Assembly: GCA_043228905.1 (NCBI GenBank)
Contig: JBHGNT010000104.1
Span: forward strand, 1 to 64,000
Direction: 5' to 3'
DNA from: Azolla caroliniana
Taxonomy: Eukaryota; Plantae; Polypodiophyta
Length of the DNA stretch: 64,000 nucleotides
Made by a program: the position numbers and the translations under genes. This document shows positions 1-11,322 of the stretch, in pieces. A model generated the notes under the pieces. It was not told the DNA's origin. It did not search any database and was given only the letters and a program-made list of their open reading frames with translations. Within the stretch, counting starts at the first letter, position 1; every line of letters starts with the position of its first letter.

Positions 1-836
1 AACCTTTCCAAAAATGGGTATTGGATTTCGTAGGGTCAGTCAAACCACCCGCAATGCGTACAGGTAACAAGTATATCATCGTGGCGACCGATTATTACAC
101 AAAATGGGTCGAATCGAAAGCACTCTACGACAACACGACCGCATCAACAACCAAATTCGTGTACGATTATTTGTGGTGTCGTTTTGGATGCCCAATGGAA
201 CTGGAGAGCAATCAAGGAGGACACTTCGTCAATTGTCTTATTCACGATTTAACTTCTCATTATGCGGTGGTACATAAGAAAAGAACTCCATTCTATCCTC
301 AAGCCAATGAATTGGCCAAATCCACAAATAAAACCCTACACACCATTCTCAAAAAAATTGTGAATGAGCATCGGACAAATTGCATAGCGCACTGTGGGCT
401 TACCGCACTGCGTTCAAGACCAACATCAGGTCCATGCCCTTTGGAATGGTGTTTGGCTTGGAAGCCGTGATGAAGATCGAGTTCCAAATTGGAACAACTA
501 CTCGAACTTGGAGAAGAGTGCATCGCCAATTTCGCCCAATTGGAACATGACCAATGGAGACGAAAAGCTTTCGTAGATCGACATAGTCGTGATCGCGAAA
601 AATCCTTTGTAATCAGGCAACTTGTCCTAGTGTTTCAAACACGGCTCGAGACAATGCCAAGAAAACTTCGTTTCCGATGGATGGGCCCCTTTTGGATCAT
701 CCACACGTACAACGGCATGTTCCATCTCGATACACTAGCCGGGGAAGGAGTAAAGAATTGGGTCAATGGATTTCGATTGAAACCGTACCGCGGCCCGATA
801 CCACCAAACCCCTTCGTTGAACAACAGCATGGCTAG
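1..836 (+). pseudogene. Gypsy integrase core and C-terminal (GPY/F) region, frameshifted
   Basis: ORFs 21-470 and 489-836 align by eye with the GA ORFs at 9460-10944. Confidence 0.9.
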
Positions 837-1085
837 GACCAAACCATTGTAGGTGACACCAAAGAATTCAAGAGCACCATGCCCCAATCACAGTAATTTG
901 TTACCTAACTGACACGTGCATACGATTATGGAAAAAAAAGAAGCACCCACTCACTATTTAAAGACGAGGAACGCCACACGAGAAAAATACAAACGGTTCA
1001 GTAAAGGCATGGCCCTTAACTTCTAGTATGGCAAGGAAGATTCTAAATCTAGGGCACAAGGGCAGGTCTCACGAATCAAGGCACC

Positions 1086-1094
1086 TATATAAAA
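1086..1094 (+). promoter_or_regulatory. Putative TATA box of the G0 accessory ORF
   Basis: CCTATATAAAAGG followed by a CT-rich leader (1138-1210). Same position relative to pol and the accessory ORF as in GA. Confidence 0.45.
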
Positions 1095-1210
1095 GGAGCA
1101 CCTACATGCAGAGCGCGCTTTTGCAAAAACAATCAAGCTCTCGCTCCTCATAGTCTCTCTCGCTCACACCCTCTCTGCAACCAACCTCTTTCTCGCTCTC
1201 CATCTCCATC

Positions 1211-3300
1211 ATGCGCACTCTCTTGCTCAACCTCTTCCAAATCCAACATGTTGGTCGAAGTATCACAAGAGCTCTGCAGTTGGCTCACCAAGCACGACCT
1301 GGGAGGTTATCTCAAAATTCTCGAAACTACACCTCACCCCAAAGCGTAGGCCATAGCAAAGAAACTACACCCGGACACCATTACGAACATGATTCGTTGG
1401 GTGCTTTGGTTACAATAAGGGGGGGAGCACGACATTGACGCATCGCCCCAACACATCTTGGAGAAACATTTCGGCGAATATTCGGTCTCGGCTAAAGCCC
1501 ACCACACCCATGGAGGACCCAACGGGTTTTTTGGGAACCTGGCCCACATCCTCCTGGAGTTACCCTGTGTCCAAGCCAACCTCTACAATATGCCTAAGAA
1601 AAAGGTGGGACTGATCATTATGACCTACCAAGGCGGAGCCATCGATTGGGGGATCATCGCCAGAGAAGTAGTCTAAGCTGCCATCGCCTGCTTCCAATCC
1701 GAAAAAAGGTTCTTACCAATACTAGCACAGTACATCATTGTGCTCTACCCACGCCAAACACCGACCCCACGCCAAACATTGGCGCATCCCGCTCCCGCCA
1801 TTCAGGCCAAATGACAACACACCCTGCAGTTGTCATATGAGGACTAGCAAGACAACACACCAAACCCAACTCCCATTTCAACACAAGCCGAGGAAACCAC
1901 TGAAGACATGGATAACATTACGATCCGCGGCTGCGATAGGCCCATCACCCCTACGCCCAAAGTGACTTCGCCCTGATCTACCCCTAGCCCACGGCCGGCC
2001 AAACAAACAAAAAGTGAGAAACTTGCTTCGGAAACTTTCCGATCATCAGGATCCCAGATGAAAAGAAGTCGTGAGGAACGTACCACTCCGAAGGGCCCGG
2101 CCGCGAAACGCCGCCAAATCAACCACCACATCGACGAACAAACAACGGAATGCATGACTAAAGATAGGCAGCTGGTCATCGTCCCAAACACCATGTTAGC
2201 CGTTAAATGGATACGAGAACGCACGCGACAAATGACATGGCCGCCAACTGTGAATTAGCGCAACAGCAAGCAAAGACCGCCACCGACTTGTGGAAGGCCT
2301 CCGAGACCCAAAAAATCGAACTCGAGCAACAACTCCAAGCAATGGGTCAAACCACAACACTCACTCTGCCTCCTCCCGTGCCCAACCCACAAGAAGCTTT
2401 GACCCAAACAGAACTAGCAAATTGCGTCGAACTAGTTGATATAGCCACTCAAACCGACCCAACCAGCCCAGCGACCAAACAATGGTATCCACTCAAATCG
2501 AGGAAGATATGAGCTTGACCATCCACAACTATGAAGAAGACATTGTCCTACACAAGGTAGTTGCTGACAAGGCTAAAGAACGTCATGAGGAAGCCAGACA
2601 AGAAGTCGAGAAAATAAAGGAGTAGGCTGAAAAAAGGGAAGCCGAACTACAGAAACTGCTCCACAATCAGACTACCCAACTACAGAAGGCCGAACACAAC
2701 ATGGCAACATCTCTTAAGTCCATACAGGACATCGTTGCTGTTTAAATTGCCTCTCAGTAAGGAGATCAGAGAATTGCAGGAATGCTCTAGTTAGTTCCTG
2801 GAGAAATTGGACCGAACTGAGCAGGAGTGATGCCAACCGGCAGACTCCCTTCACCAACATAAAACAAACGTGATTTTGGAACTCGAACGGCAACGCGAGG
2901 AGTGTAGGAAGGAAGTGGCCAAACACACGAACCGCCTCCTAAAACGTTTCAACCACTTCACGCAAGAGGCGGAAGCATGGGTTCCCGCCCTCAACACGTC
3001 GTGTGAAATAATCACGGCAAAACTGAAGTTGCAGGATGAAGAAGCTAAAAAAGAGACGACCGCGGTCCAACCGAAGTACAACAGTCGTGAGGAACGATTT
3101 CGTGCCCTCGTAGTCAAACAGCGACAAAAGCTCAATTAGAAGATAGAAAAGATGCTCGCTAATGGCTGGAAAGAATGGTCGGGTTATGCGGTCGTACTGC
3201 AGGTATTACGGGACGACATCGAGAATCAAAAGAAAGAGCGTCGCAGCTTCTACAAAATGAACGAAAACAACATCCAAATGGTATGCGTTTTTGCCAAGAC
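1211..3300 (+). pseudogene. Degenerate accessory (third) ORF of G0, coiled-coil protein
   Basis: KHFGEYSVSAKAHHTHGG..GLIIMTYQGGAIDWGII matches GA RYFGEYSLASKGYRTQGG..GMIIATYEGIKVDWPVL. At ~3150-3260, WKEWSGYAVVLQVLRDDIENQKKE matches GA WTKWAQNAAELQLLRADVANRQKE. Boundaries approximate. Confidence 0.75.
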
Positions 3301-3479
3301 TTGGAAGTCCTAGGTGAGGTCTTCGCGGACCATTTGGATGTTGTTTTCGTCCATTTTGTAGAAGCCGCGACCCTTTTTCACATTCTAGTTCATTATCTCT
3401 ATATCAGACATCACAAGGGCATACACGGCTGCTAGACAGAGACAACAACACTAAGCTCACATGCAGAGAACCCAAGAGT

Positions 3480-3830
3480 TGGCCTAGTCGTGGCCGAGAA
3501 AGCAATCTAGAGGCCGCCGAGAATCAGCCCAACTATGGCTGAGAAAGCGACTGAGAAGCCGAGCCATGGCTAAGAGAGTCGGCCAAGCCATGGTCGAGCA
3601 TTGGACAAAAGGGCAGCGGCAGAGAGCCAAGTGACGACTGAGAGTACGGCACGACTGTGATGTAGCCAAGACCAGGCAGCGAGATGGCCGAGAGACAGTC
3701 GGGAGACGACTGAGAGATTACCATGCTATGGCCACGAGACGGTCGAGAGCCGCAAGTCGGCTAAGTGATGTCTAAACATTGGCCAAGCAAGAGATGCAAC
3801 AGAGAGTCCTCTACGCGTCGACCAAGAGCC
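3480..3830 (+). repeat. Degenerate short tandem repeats (GAGA..GCCGAG/CCATGGCY/GACGACTGAGA) in the 3' untranslated region of G0
   Basis: Recurrent motifs ccatggct/ccatggtc, ggccgaga/ggccaag and gacgactgagag. Confidence 0.55.
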
Positions 3831-3958
3831 AACCAAACAGACTGACTGTTGGCCCCGAAAAGAGCGTATGTGCATACCGTAGAAACAACAACTCATGTGC
3901 CCCATCACATCCAAACAGTCTCACGACCTGCAATGCACTATCCCACGAGCTTGCCAAG

Positions 3959-4195
3959 TGTTACCTGTATAGGTAATGTGGAAGATGGTGTGTAAGGTGT
4001 AATATGGAATGTGAATGTGTGAGTGTTAGGTGGGGTAAATAGGTGTACCTATGTCCATTCAACTTTTCGTAATGATTAGATCTTTTAGTATATAAATCCA
4101 CACTCGTGGCACATGAAGAGAGAGAAAATATATTGAAGTTACCCCCTCAACTGTGTCTCAACTCTTCCTCTCTTTGTCATTCTTCTCATTCTGTA

Positions 4196-4250
<55 letters not shown>

Positions 4251-4548
4251 ACGGTCGTGCTGTCATCTGTTGTGTTGTCTGTTGCCACGCTACCATCCGT
4301 TGTCGTCCGATGTCGTCTGTCGCCGTCTGCTACCGTGTTGCACTCTCTCTCTCTCTCTTCCGCGTCTGTTGTCGCACTGTCATCCGATGTCGTCTGTTGC
4401 CGTCTGTTGCCGTTTGCGTGCTGCAAGATCTGTTTCCGCACTATTGCCTTTGGCCATTCGTCGTTGTCCGTCGTCGTCGTCGTTGCCATCGTCGGTTGTA
4501 CTGTCGTGCTATGGACATCCTTAAGCCTTCTTTGTCGGCCGGGTAACA
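3959..4548 (+). repeat. 3' LTR of G0 (590 bp) containing (CT)n and TGTCG/CCGT microsatellites
   Basis: Perfect 7-bp terminal inverted repeat TGTTACC/GGTAACA, TATA-like TATATAAA at ~4089-4096, and the same pre-LTR motif as GA. The partner LTR is outside the window. Confidence 0.7.
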
Positions 4549-4656
4549 TACTTCTCCTTGGGAAGAATATCAAATTATGCCATCCGATAGAGGTTCGTAT
4601 GGGGACGGCCCATGTGGTACTCCTTCATCAACTAATCTTGCCTCGCTAGCCAGATT
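4549..4656 (-). pseudogene. LINE ORF2 APE-endonuclease fragment (continuation of 14586-14960)
   Basis: Removing GA and one ATAAC copy joins ..ICYFPPKGSRY to NLASEARLVDEGVPHGPSPYEPLSD..II*YSSQGEV, the segment that normally precedes the GDFN motif. Confidence 0.75.
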
Positions 4657-4661
4657 ATAAC

Positions 4662-5093
4662 TGTTACCGGCCGGCAAAGGAGTCCAGAGTGGGAAACGGA
4701 GAGCTAATTAAGTAGTAGGAATGTGGTTGTAATTAAGCTATGAGTGTGGACGGACAGACCGGAATCGGTATGCCGTTCCGGATCCGGACCGATCCCGAAC
4801 AGGTGCGGATGGCACCGTTTTGAAATACAGACTGGAAACCTATTTAAAGGCCCGGATACAATGTAATAGTTAGCGGTTAATTAATGAAAGCTTAAGCGTT
4901 GTTATATCTCTGTGTCAATTGCCGTTCTGTCTTAATTGTATATCTTACGCATGTTATGAAGACGATCCTAATAAGTAACTTAACTAAGTCGGATTAAGCG
5001 TTGAAGTCTAATCCGGTTGCCGTAACACCCTTTGGTGAAGTGTCTCACATAGACACCCTGTGTTAGGCCATTGTCCGGCCCGAAGAGTTAACA
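4662..5093 (+). repeat. 5' LTR of GA (432 bp)
   Basis: About 10 substitutions and 1 indel versus 14148-14580. TATTTAAA at 4841-4848. Confidence 0.97.
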
Positions 5094-5100
5094 CAATTTT

Positions 5101-5110
5101 TGGCGACCAC
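5101..5110 (+). other. Primer-binding site TGGCGACCAC (tRNA-Arg(UCG)-like)
   Basis: Lies 7 nt after the LTR. The same motif follows the GB LTR (16272, TGGTGACCAC) and the GS LTR (51639). tRNA identity is from recalled plant tRNA 3' ends. Confidence 0.75.
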
Positions 5111-5146
5111 GATTCCTGTTTTTGCAGCGAACAACGGCACGGATGG

Positions 5147-8100
5147 ATGTCTAGATCAACGCACGACCTGGTTACAGATCGAACTCGACGCGAGGCTTTC
5201 CAGCAAGCGGCGCAGGAAATTAGAGCGGATCGCTCGTTTTCCAACATAATCCGGAGAGTAGCGGAGGACTCCCACTGGTTATAGCAAACATCGCACCCGG
5301 ACGACGGCAGCAGCCTAAGCAGCCTCCGGGAAACCGAATCCCTTCTCCACACGTTGGCAAACGTTTAGAAGGCAAAGCAGAGGCCTTTTCAGCATATGAA
5401 TTGGACTCCGAAGGGGAATACAGCGTGCACACGAACTACCGTAGCAGCAACGAAACCCCAGGCGGATCGGATACCTTACCGACACCGGAACCGGAAGCGG
5501 AAGTGCTAACGCTGGTACCCCCGGAACCAGCAGAAGAAGAACGACCTCCGACACCGGAAGTCGAGGAGGAGAGGCCTCCGTCACCAGCGGAAGAGAAACA
5601 ACCGACACCAGAATCAAATCGGGAAAGACCACCGACACCGGAGAAAATTCCGGAACGAGCACCAACACTACCAGCCCGCGCACCGATACTGGATGACGAC
5701 ATGCCGTTCCAGTACTCCAAGTATAGAGATAATCCGGACGCAGAAGCTCATGTGCACGCATTTGAACAGACATGGGAAGCCAACCATGTGTCCCAGCGAC
5801 TGACACCGGAGGAAGAAGAACGCTCTAAGATAGCAGAGTTTGGCGTCACATTGGAGGGACCGGCAGCAAGATGGCGCCGGACGCAGGACCCGTCTACCAT
5901 CAACACCTTTGCAGATTTAAAAGCTAAATTCATGCATTTTTTTCAAAAGGAGGTGGACCAGACCGTAATGGTAGGCTTATTTTATACTATCCGGCAAGAG
6001 GCAGGGGAGAGCATTCCCCAATTTGTCATCCGGTTTCAACGGATGCATAGTCAGCTTACCTGTGCACCCCCAGAGGAGGAATTACGGACGATATTCCTAA
6101 ACGCGCTCCGGGAACCCCTACGCACGGTTTGCACGGTAATCGATTTCCGTACAGGTACCATCGACTAGGTCATTGACCGGGTGAAAGAGATGGAAAAGAC
6201 AAGCTCCTGGCTCACACTGGGCGCACTTCAACGGGCGTTACTGTCCGATGAAGACCTCCGGTTTCCGCAAGCAATACAATGCACAACCTGCTTGAATTCT
6301 GGACACTCCGCTCTAGAATGCACTATGAGGACGCAATGTGTAATCTGTCAGTCCAAGAGCCATACGACGGATAGGTGCGAGTATAATCTGTTGACTCGGC
6401 AAGCACCGCCCGTCCGACAAATTGAGCCACGCAGCAGCCGGGACGAAGAAGACGAACGCTGGCGGCGAATGGACCGTGACCGACTGGCACAAGATGTCTG
6501 GTATGGCGAGCGACGGGAAAATGAGGTCCGGTATGGCGAGCGACAGGAAAATAATGTCCGGTACGGCGAGCGACGGGAAAATGATGTCTGGTACGGTGAT
6601 CGGCGAGATAACTATGACCGGCATGATCGGCACCAGGATTACAATAGACGATACGAACATTACGACCGGGAGCACTCCCCCGGGTATCGTCAGCAACGGG
6701 AGGAATACGGCCGATATAACGGGCAACCCTGTCAAGAGTACCGTAATAAGAAGAGCTTTAACAAAAAACGGCATTTTAAAAAAGGCGGCTACCCCCGGGA
6801 CCCGGAACAAGGCGCTCCAAGTAGCCAACCGGTACAAAACCCCGCGTGTACTGTAGGACCTGCCCCGGGTACAACAGACAATGCCGAATCTAGCAATGCC
6901 CGGAAAGCCTACTGCTACTACTGCAGACAGGAAGGCCATTATAGTAACCAATGCCCGGTGAAGAGCTATGAAAAACGACCGGCGGTAAATATGGTAGTCC
7001 CTGAGGTGGCAGACCTGCAGCAGGTGACCACAAGATCGAAGGGCATGGCCAAAGAATGGGAGACACAGTAGACCATCTGCAAACAAGCAACGGAATGGGT
7101 AAAGAAAGCAAACGAGCAGAATGTCACTGACTTACAGCAGCAAAAGGAGAACACCGCAGGGCTTGCCGGCGGTAGTCACTCCGAGAACAAGACATGGCAG
7201 GCGTTGCAAGAATGCTAGATTACGTTACCACTAGGAAGACTCCTACAACTCGTGCCTAGATTCACGGAAGGACTGAAGACGGCCATGACGGCAGGAGAAC
7301 CATCACCGGCACCGGTACTCTTCTCGAATCCGGAGGAGGGACCAACAGTGGTAGACACCAGCAGTCCGGTAATCACTGCCATTGTAAAAGGGAAAGAACT
7401 CTCCGGCACAGTTATAGACGGAGGCTCTGGGGTAAATGTAATAAGCCTCCGGATGTGTGAGGACCTAGGAATCCACGAGTGGGAGCCGTGTCCGTTCTGG
7501 TTGCGGATGGCCGATACAAGCTCAGTGCGGCCGACAGGATTAATAGGGAAATTAGAAGTCACTGTCGGCGGGCATACATTTCACATCTCGGCCGTAGTGC
7601 TACAATTACAGGCACAAGGCGCATACCCACTATTGCTGGGGCGGCCATGGTTGAAAACGGCACATATCAAACAGAATTGGCGAAAAAATATAATTACCTT
7701 CTGGCGAGGAAAAGCCAAGGTACGGGTACCAACACAGCCAAGGACGAGCACTGGCAAGGAATGTACACCGTTGTATGCGGAATGCATCAACATGCTCGAA
7801 GGGTTAGCGGACGAAGAAGAAGCTCAATACCTGCAGGAAAACCCGAAGATCATACCCCTCTTCGAAATTGACATTGCCAAAGCTGTAGCACCGTACTTAC
7901 CGCAACCGGAAGAGGCGGAAGCAGAACCGGATAAAGACGCAATCCGGGAGTTACGGCAAGCGCAGGAAGCGTTGGAACGGGAAATGGCCGTTTCACAATG
8001 CGTGAAAGCATCGCAATTGGAAGAGGTGAATTTACGCACCACGGACGAAGCAAAACCGGTGCACATCGCCAAGGAGATGAAGTCCGGAGACAAAACGGCG

Positions 8101-10944
8101 ATGATAACACTTCTCACGGAATTTCGCGACGTATTCGCCTGGTCATACGAAGACATGCGAGGACTCAACCCTCAGTTATACCAGCATCAAGTGCACTTGA
8201 GCAAAGACGCAAAACCAGTGGCACAAAGACGGTACCGAATGAATCCCAATTATGTTGCCAAGGTCAAGGAAGAAATCGACAAACTGCTAAGAGTTGGCTT
8301 TATCCGTCCGCTAAAGAAAGCGACATGGCTGAGCCTGATCGTAGTCGTACCGAAGAAGAACGGAAAAATTCGAGTTTGCGTGGACTACCGGAAACTCAAT
8401 GCGGCTACGATAACGGATGCATTTCCACTTCCGTTCACAGATGGAGTGTTGGATGCCGTCGCCGGCCATGAGGTCTATAGCTTCCTAGATGGATTCAGCG
8501 GATATAATTAGATCCGGATGCACCCCGACGACCAAGAGAAAACGGCATTCGTCACCGAATGGGGGGTGTTTGTGGCCGTGGTGATGATGTTCGGACTCAA
8601 AACAGCACCGGCAACGTTTCAAAGAATCATCATGGAAATCTTTGGTGAATATATACTGGCTTTTATGCAGGTTTTCCTTGACAATTTCGCCGTCTATAGC
8701 CGGGAGGAGGACCATTTTCAGCACCTCCGTCTTTGTCTAGAAAAGTGTAGAGCATACCGGCTAAGCTTGAATCCGGCAAAGTGTGTATTTGGCGTGTCCA
8801 GTGGAACTTTATTAGGACATATCGTAAGCCAAGAAGGTATAGCAGTCGACCCGGACAAAGTGAATGCCATATTAGAAGCACCGGCGCTGGCAACGGCAAA
8901 GGCATTGAGCCGGTTCGTAGGCCAGATCCGGTGGCACAGCCGGATGCTCCGATACTTGGCCGACCTGGCTACACCGTTGCATGCCGCCGTACATCGGACA
9001 CCATTCCAGTGGACCGATACTGAGGATAGGGCGTATAAGGCCCTCAAGGTACTATTATCGCAGGCACCGGTAGTACAACCTCCGGATTGGAGTAAAGAAT
9101 TTCACGTGTTCGTGGACGCCTCCGACATCGCAATCGGAAGCGTATTGATGCAACTTACGGAACCAAAGTGGTACCGGCCAGTGTACTATGCCAGCCGGAA
9201 GCTATCCCAAGCAGAATAGAACTACTCTACTACGGAACGGGAAGCTCTAGGAATGATCTACAGTGTGACAAAGTTTTGGCACTATTTATTGGGAAGGAAG
9301 TTTTCCTTCCATGTAGATCATTCAGCACTCCTTTACCTGGTGTCCAAGGCGTCACTCACCGGAAAATTGGCCCGGTGGACCTTACTGTTACAGGAGTTCA
9401 AGTTTGAAATATTCCACTGACCCGGTATACAGCATGCCGTAGCAGATTACTTAAGCCGATTGGAGTCCGGAGAGACGGGTGACGGAGTACCGGATGAGTT
9501 TCCGGATGCGGAGTTGTTTCGAGTCACTACAGAGATGGCAGCAGATGAGACAGTGGCCCAGGAAGACAAGTGGCTCACAAATATGCACCAGTTTCTGAGC
9601 ACAGGATTGCCTCCAGAAGAGCTGAACCGGGACGAATGGAAACGCCTGGCGGTACAAAGCCGACATTTCTGCTTAATGCAAGACACACTGTACCACAAGG
9701 GAGCTGACGGCATATGGAGACGGGCGGTGCGCAGTGATGAAAAGGAACTGATACTAAGGGAAGCCCACTGCAGAGTTGCTGGAGGTCACTATGCCGGAGA
9801 TGCGACAGCCAGAAAAATATGGCAAAGTGGCCTATGGTGGCCAACGACATTAAGAGATGCGGTACGGTACGCAAAAGAATGTGACCTATGCCAGAGAATG
9901 GGCCAGCCAACGGAGCAAGCTCGTATGCCACACCAGCCGGTACTACCACTCGAGCCATTCCAAAAGTGGGGGTTGGACTTTGTAGGACCGTTCAAGCCAC
10001 CGGCAATGAGAACGAGTAATCGGTACGTTATCGTTGCTACGGATTACTGCACGAAATGGGTGGAGGCCAAAGCTTTACGGGATAACACCGCTGCGTCAAC
10101 GGCAAAGTTTCTATATGAGTACATCTGGTGCCGTTACGGATGCCCCATTGAATTGATAAGTGACCAAGGGGGGCACTTTCTCGAACAAGTGGTGGAAAGC
10201 CTAACGACCTTCTATGTCGTGGTCCACAAACGAAGCACACCTTACTATCCACAAGCGAACGGATTAGCGGAATCAACAAACAAGACGCTCCAGAACATCC
10301 TTCGGAAGATCGTCAACGAGAACCGGACAGATTGGGACACAAAGCTACATAGCGCGCTTTGGGCATACCGGACGGCATACAAAACGAGCATCCGAACAAC
10401 ACCATTCCGGTTGGCGTTCGGACTCGAGGCGGTCATGCCGGTAGAATTTCAAGTACCTAGCTTACGGATTCAGCTACGAGAACGGCTGAACGAGAAGGAG
10501 TCGGAGAGAATAAGGTTGACAGCGTTGTGTGAGCTGGAAGAACAACGGTTGGCCAGCATCCTACATTTAGAATTAGAGCAACGGCGACGGAAAGCATTCG
10601 TCGACCGGCACAGGAAAGGTAACGAAAAAATGTTCGCAATTGGCAAACCAGTGCTAGTATTCCAAACCCGGATGGGCAAGATGCCGGGTAAACTAAGGTT
10701 TAGATGGACCGGACCATATTGGCTAACACGGGAGTATAATGGGTCCTACTAGTTGGGGACACTTGCCGGCGAAGTGCTGGGCAAATGGGTGAATGGATTC
10801 CGGTTAAAGGCATATAGAGGACCGATGCCTAAGAACTCGTTTGAGCAAAGGACCGACGGCAACCACGAAGACGGCAGAGACGGCAAGCCGGTAACCGGAG
10901 AGAATGTGGCCGGTAAGGGTCCGGGAGGACCAACGGACATGTGA
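5147..10944 (+). pseudogene. GA gag-pol polyprotein (single reading frame from 5401, several in-frame stops)
   Basis: ORFs 5401, 6181, 7252, 8518, 9460 and 10753 share one frame. Motifs: three CCHC knuckles, protease VIDGGSG, RT FLDGFSGYN / VFLDN(D)F, RNase H VDASD..EREAL, integrase HHCC and DDE core. Confidence 0.95.
6493..6607 (+). repeat. 30-bp coding tandem repeat x4 (DVWYGERREN) in gag
   Basis: Unit gatgtctggtatggcgagcgacgggaaaat repeated about 3.8 times. Confidence 0.9.
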
Positions 10945-11083
10945 CGTCACACTAATAATTATAATAACTGAAAAAAAAAAAAAAAAAAAACAATCATGCA
11001 AAAGCGAGGAATGAATGGATGAAAGAGCGTGGAGCGAAAAGGTACGTAATGGGCATTTAAAGCGCCACCACAGGACATAATGC

Positions 11084-11091
11084 TATTTTAA
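11084..11091 (+). promoter_or_regulatory. Putative internal TATA box for the GA accessory ORF
   Basis: GCTATTTTAAG downstream of the pol stop and an A20 tract (10971-10990). A CT-rich leader precedes the ATG at 11323. Confidence 0.4.
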
Positions 11092-11322
11092 GTACGCGAC
11101 ATGCACAAACTCGAAAAAGGCGCCAGAATGCACAGACAAAAACCATTGCGCGTAGAGACCCTCTATTTTCGCGAACCCAGGAGCACAGAAGCACCGAAAC
11201 GCTGCAAGATTATCAGAAGAGAACCTGCGCACAGAGAACCCCCACCTTCTGAACTCTCTCTTTCTCAACCCCGCTCTCATCACCATCCATCCTCGCCACC
11301 GCAGTCCGACCCCGACACAGAA

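Larger units (their letters stand above)
1..4548 (+). mobile_element. G0: 3' part of a degenerate Ty3/gypsy (non-chromovirus-like) LTR retrotransposon: integrase end, accessory ORF, 3' LTR
   Basis: Integrase fragments 21-836 (DFVG..VATDYYTKWVE..LESNQGGHF..PQANELAK; KLRFRWMGPF) are homologous to the GA integrase. Accessory-ORF remnants follow. The LTR-like block TGTTACC(3959)..GGTAACA(4548) abuts LINE sequence. Confidence 0.8.

Noticed and set aside
4520-4548. Start of a separate minus-strand GA-like LTR
   Set aside because: Better explained as the right end of the G0 LTR, given the perfect TIR with 3959 and the pre-LTR motif. Not fully excluded.
4106-4649. Several 120-146 aa ORFs on both strands
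   Set aside because: Artefacts of (CT)n and TGTCG microsatellites inside an LTR.
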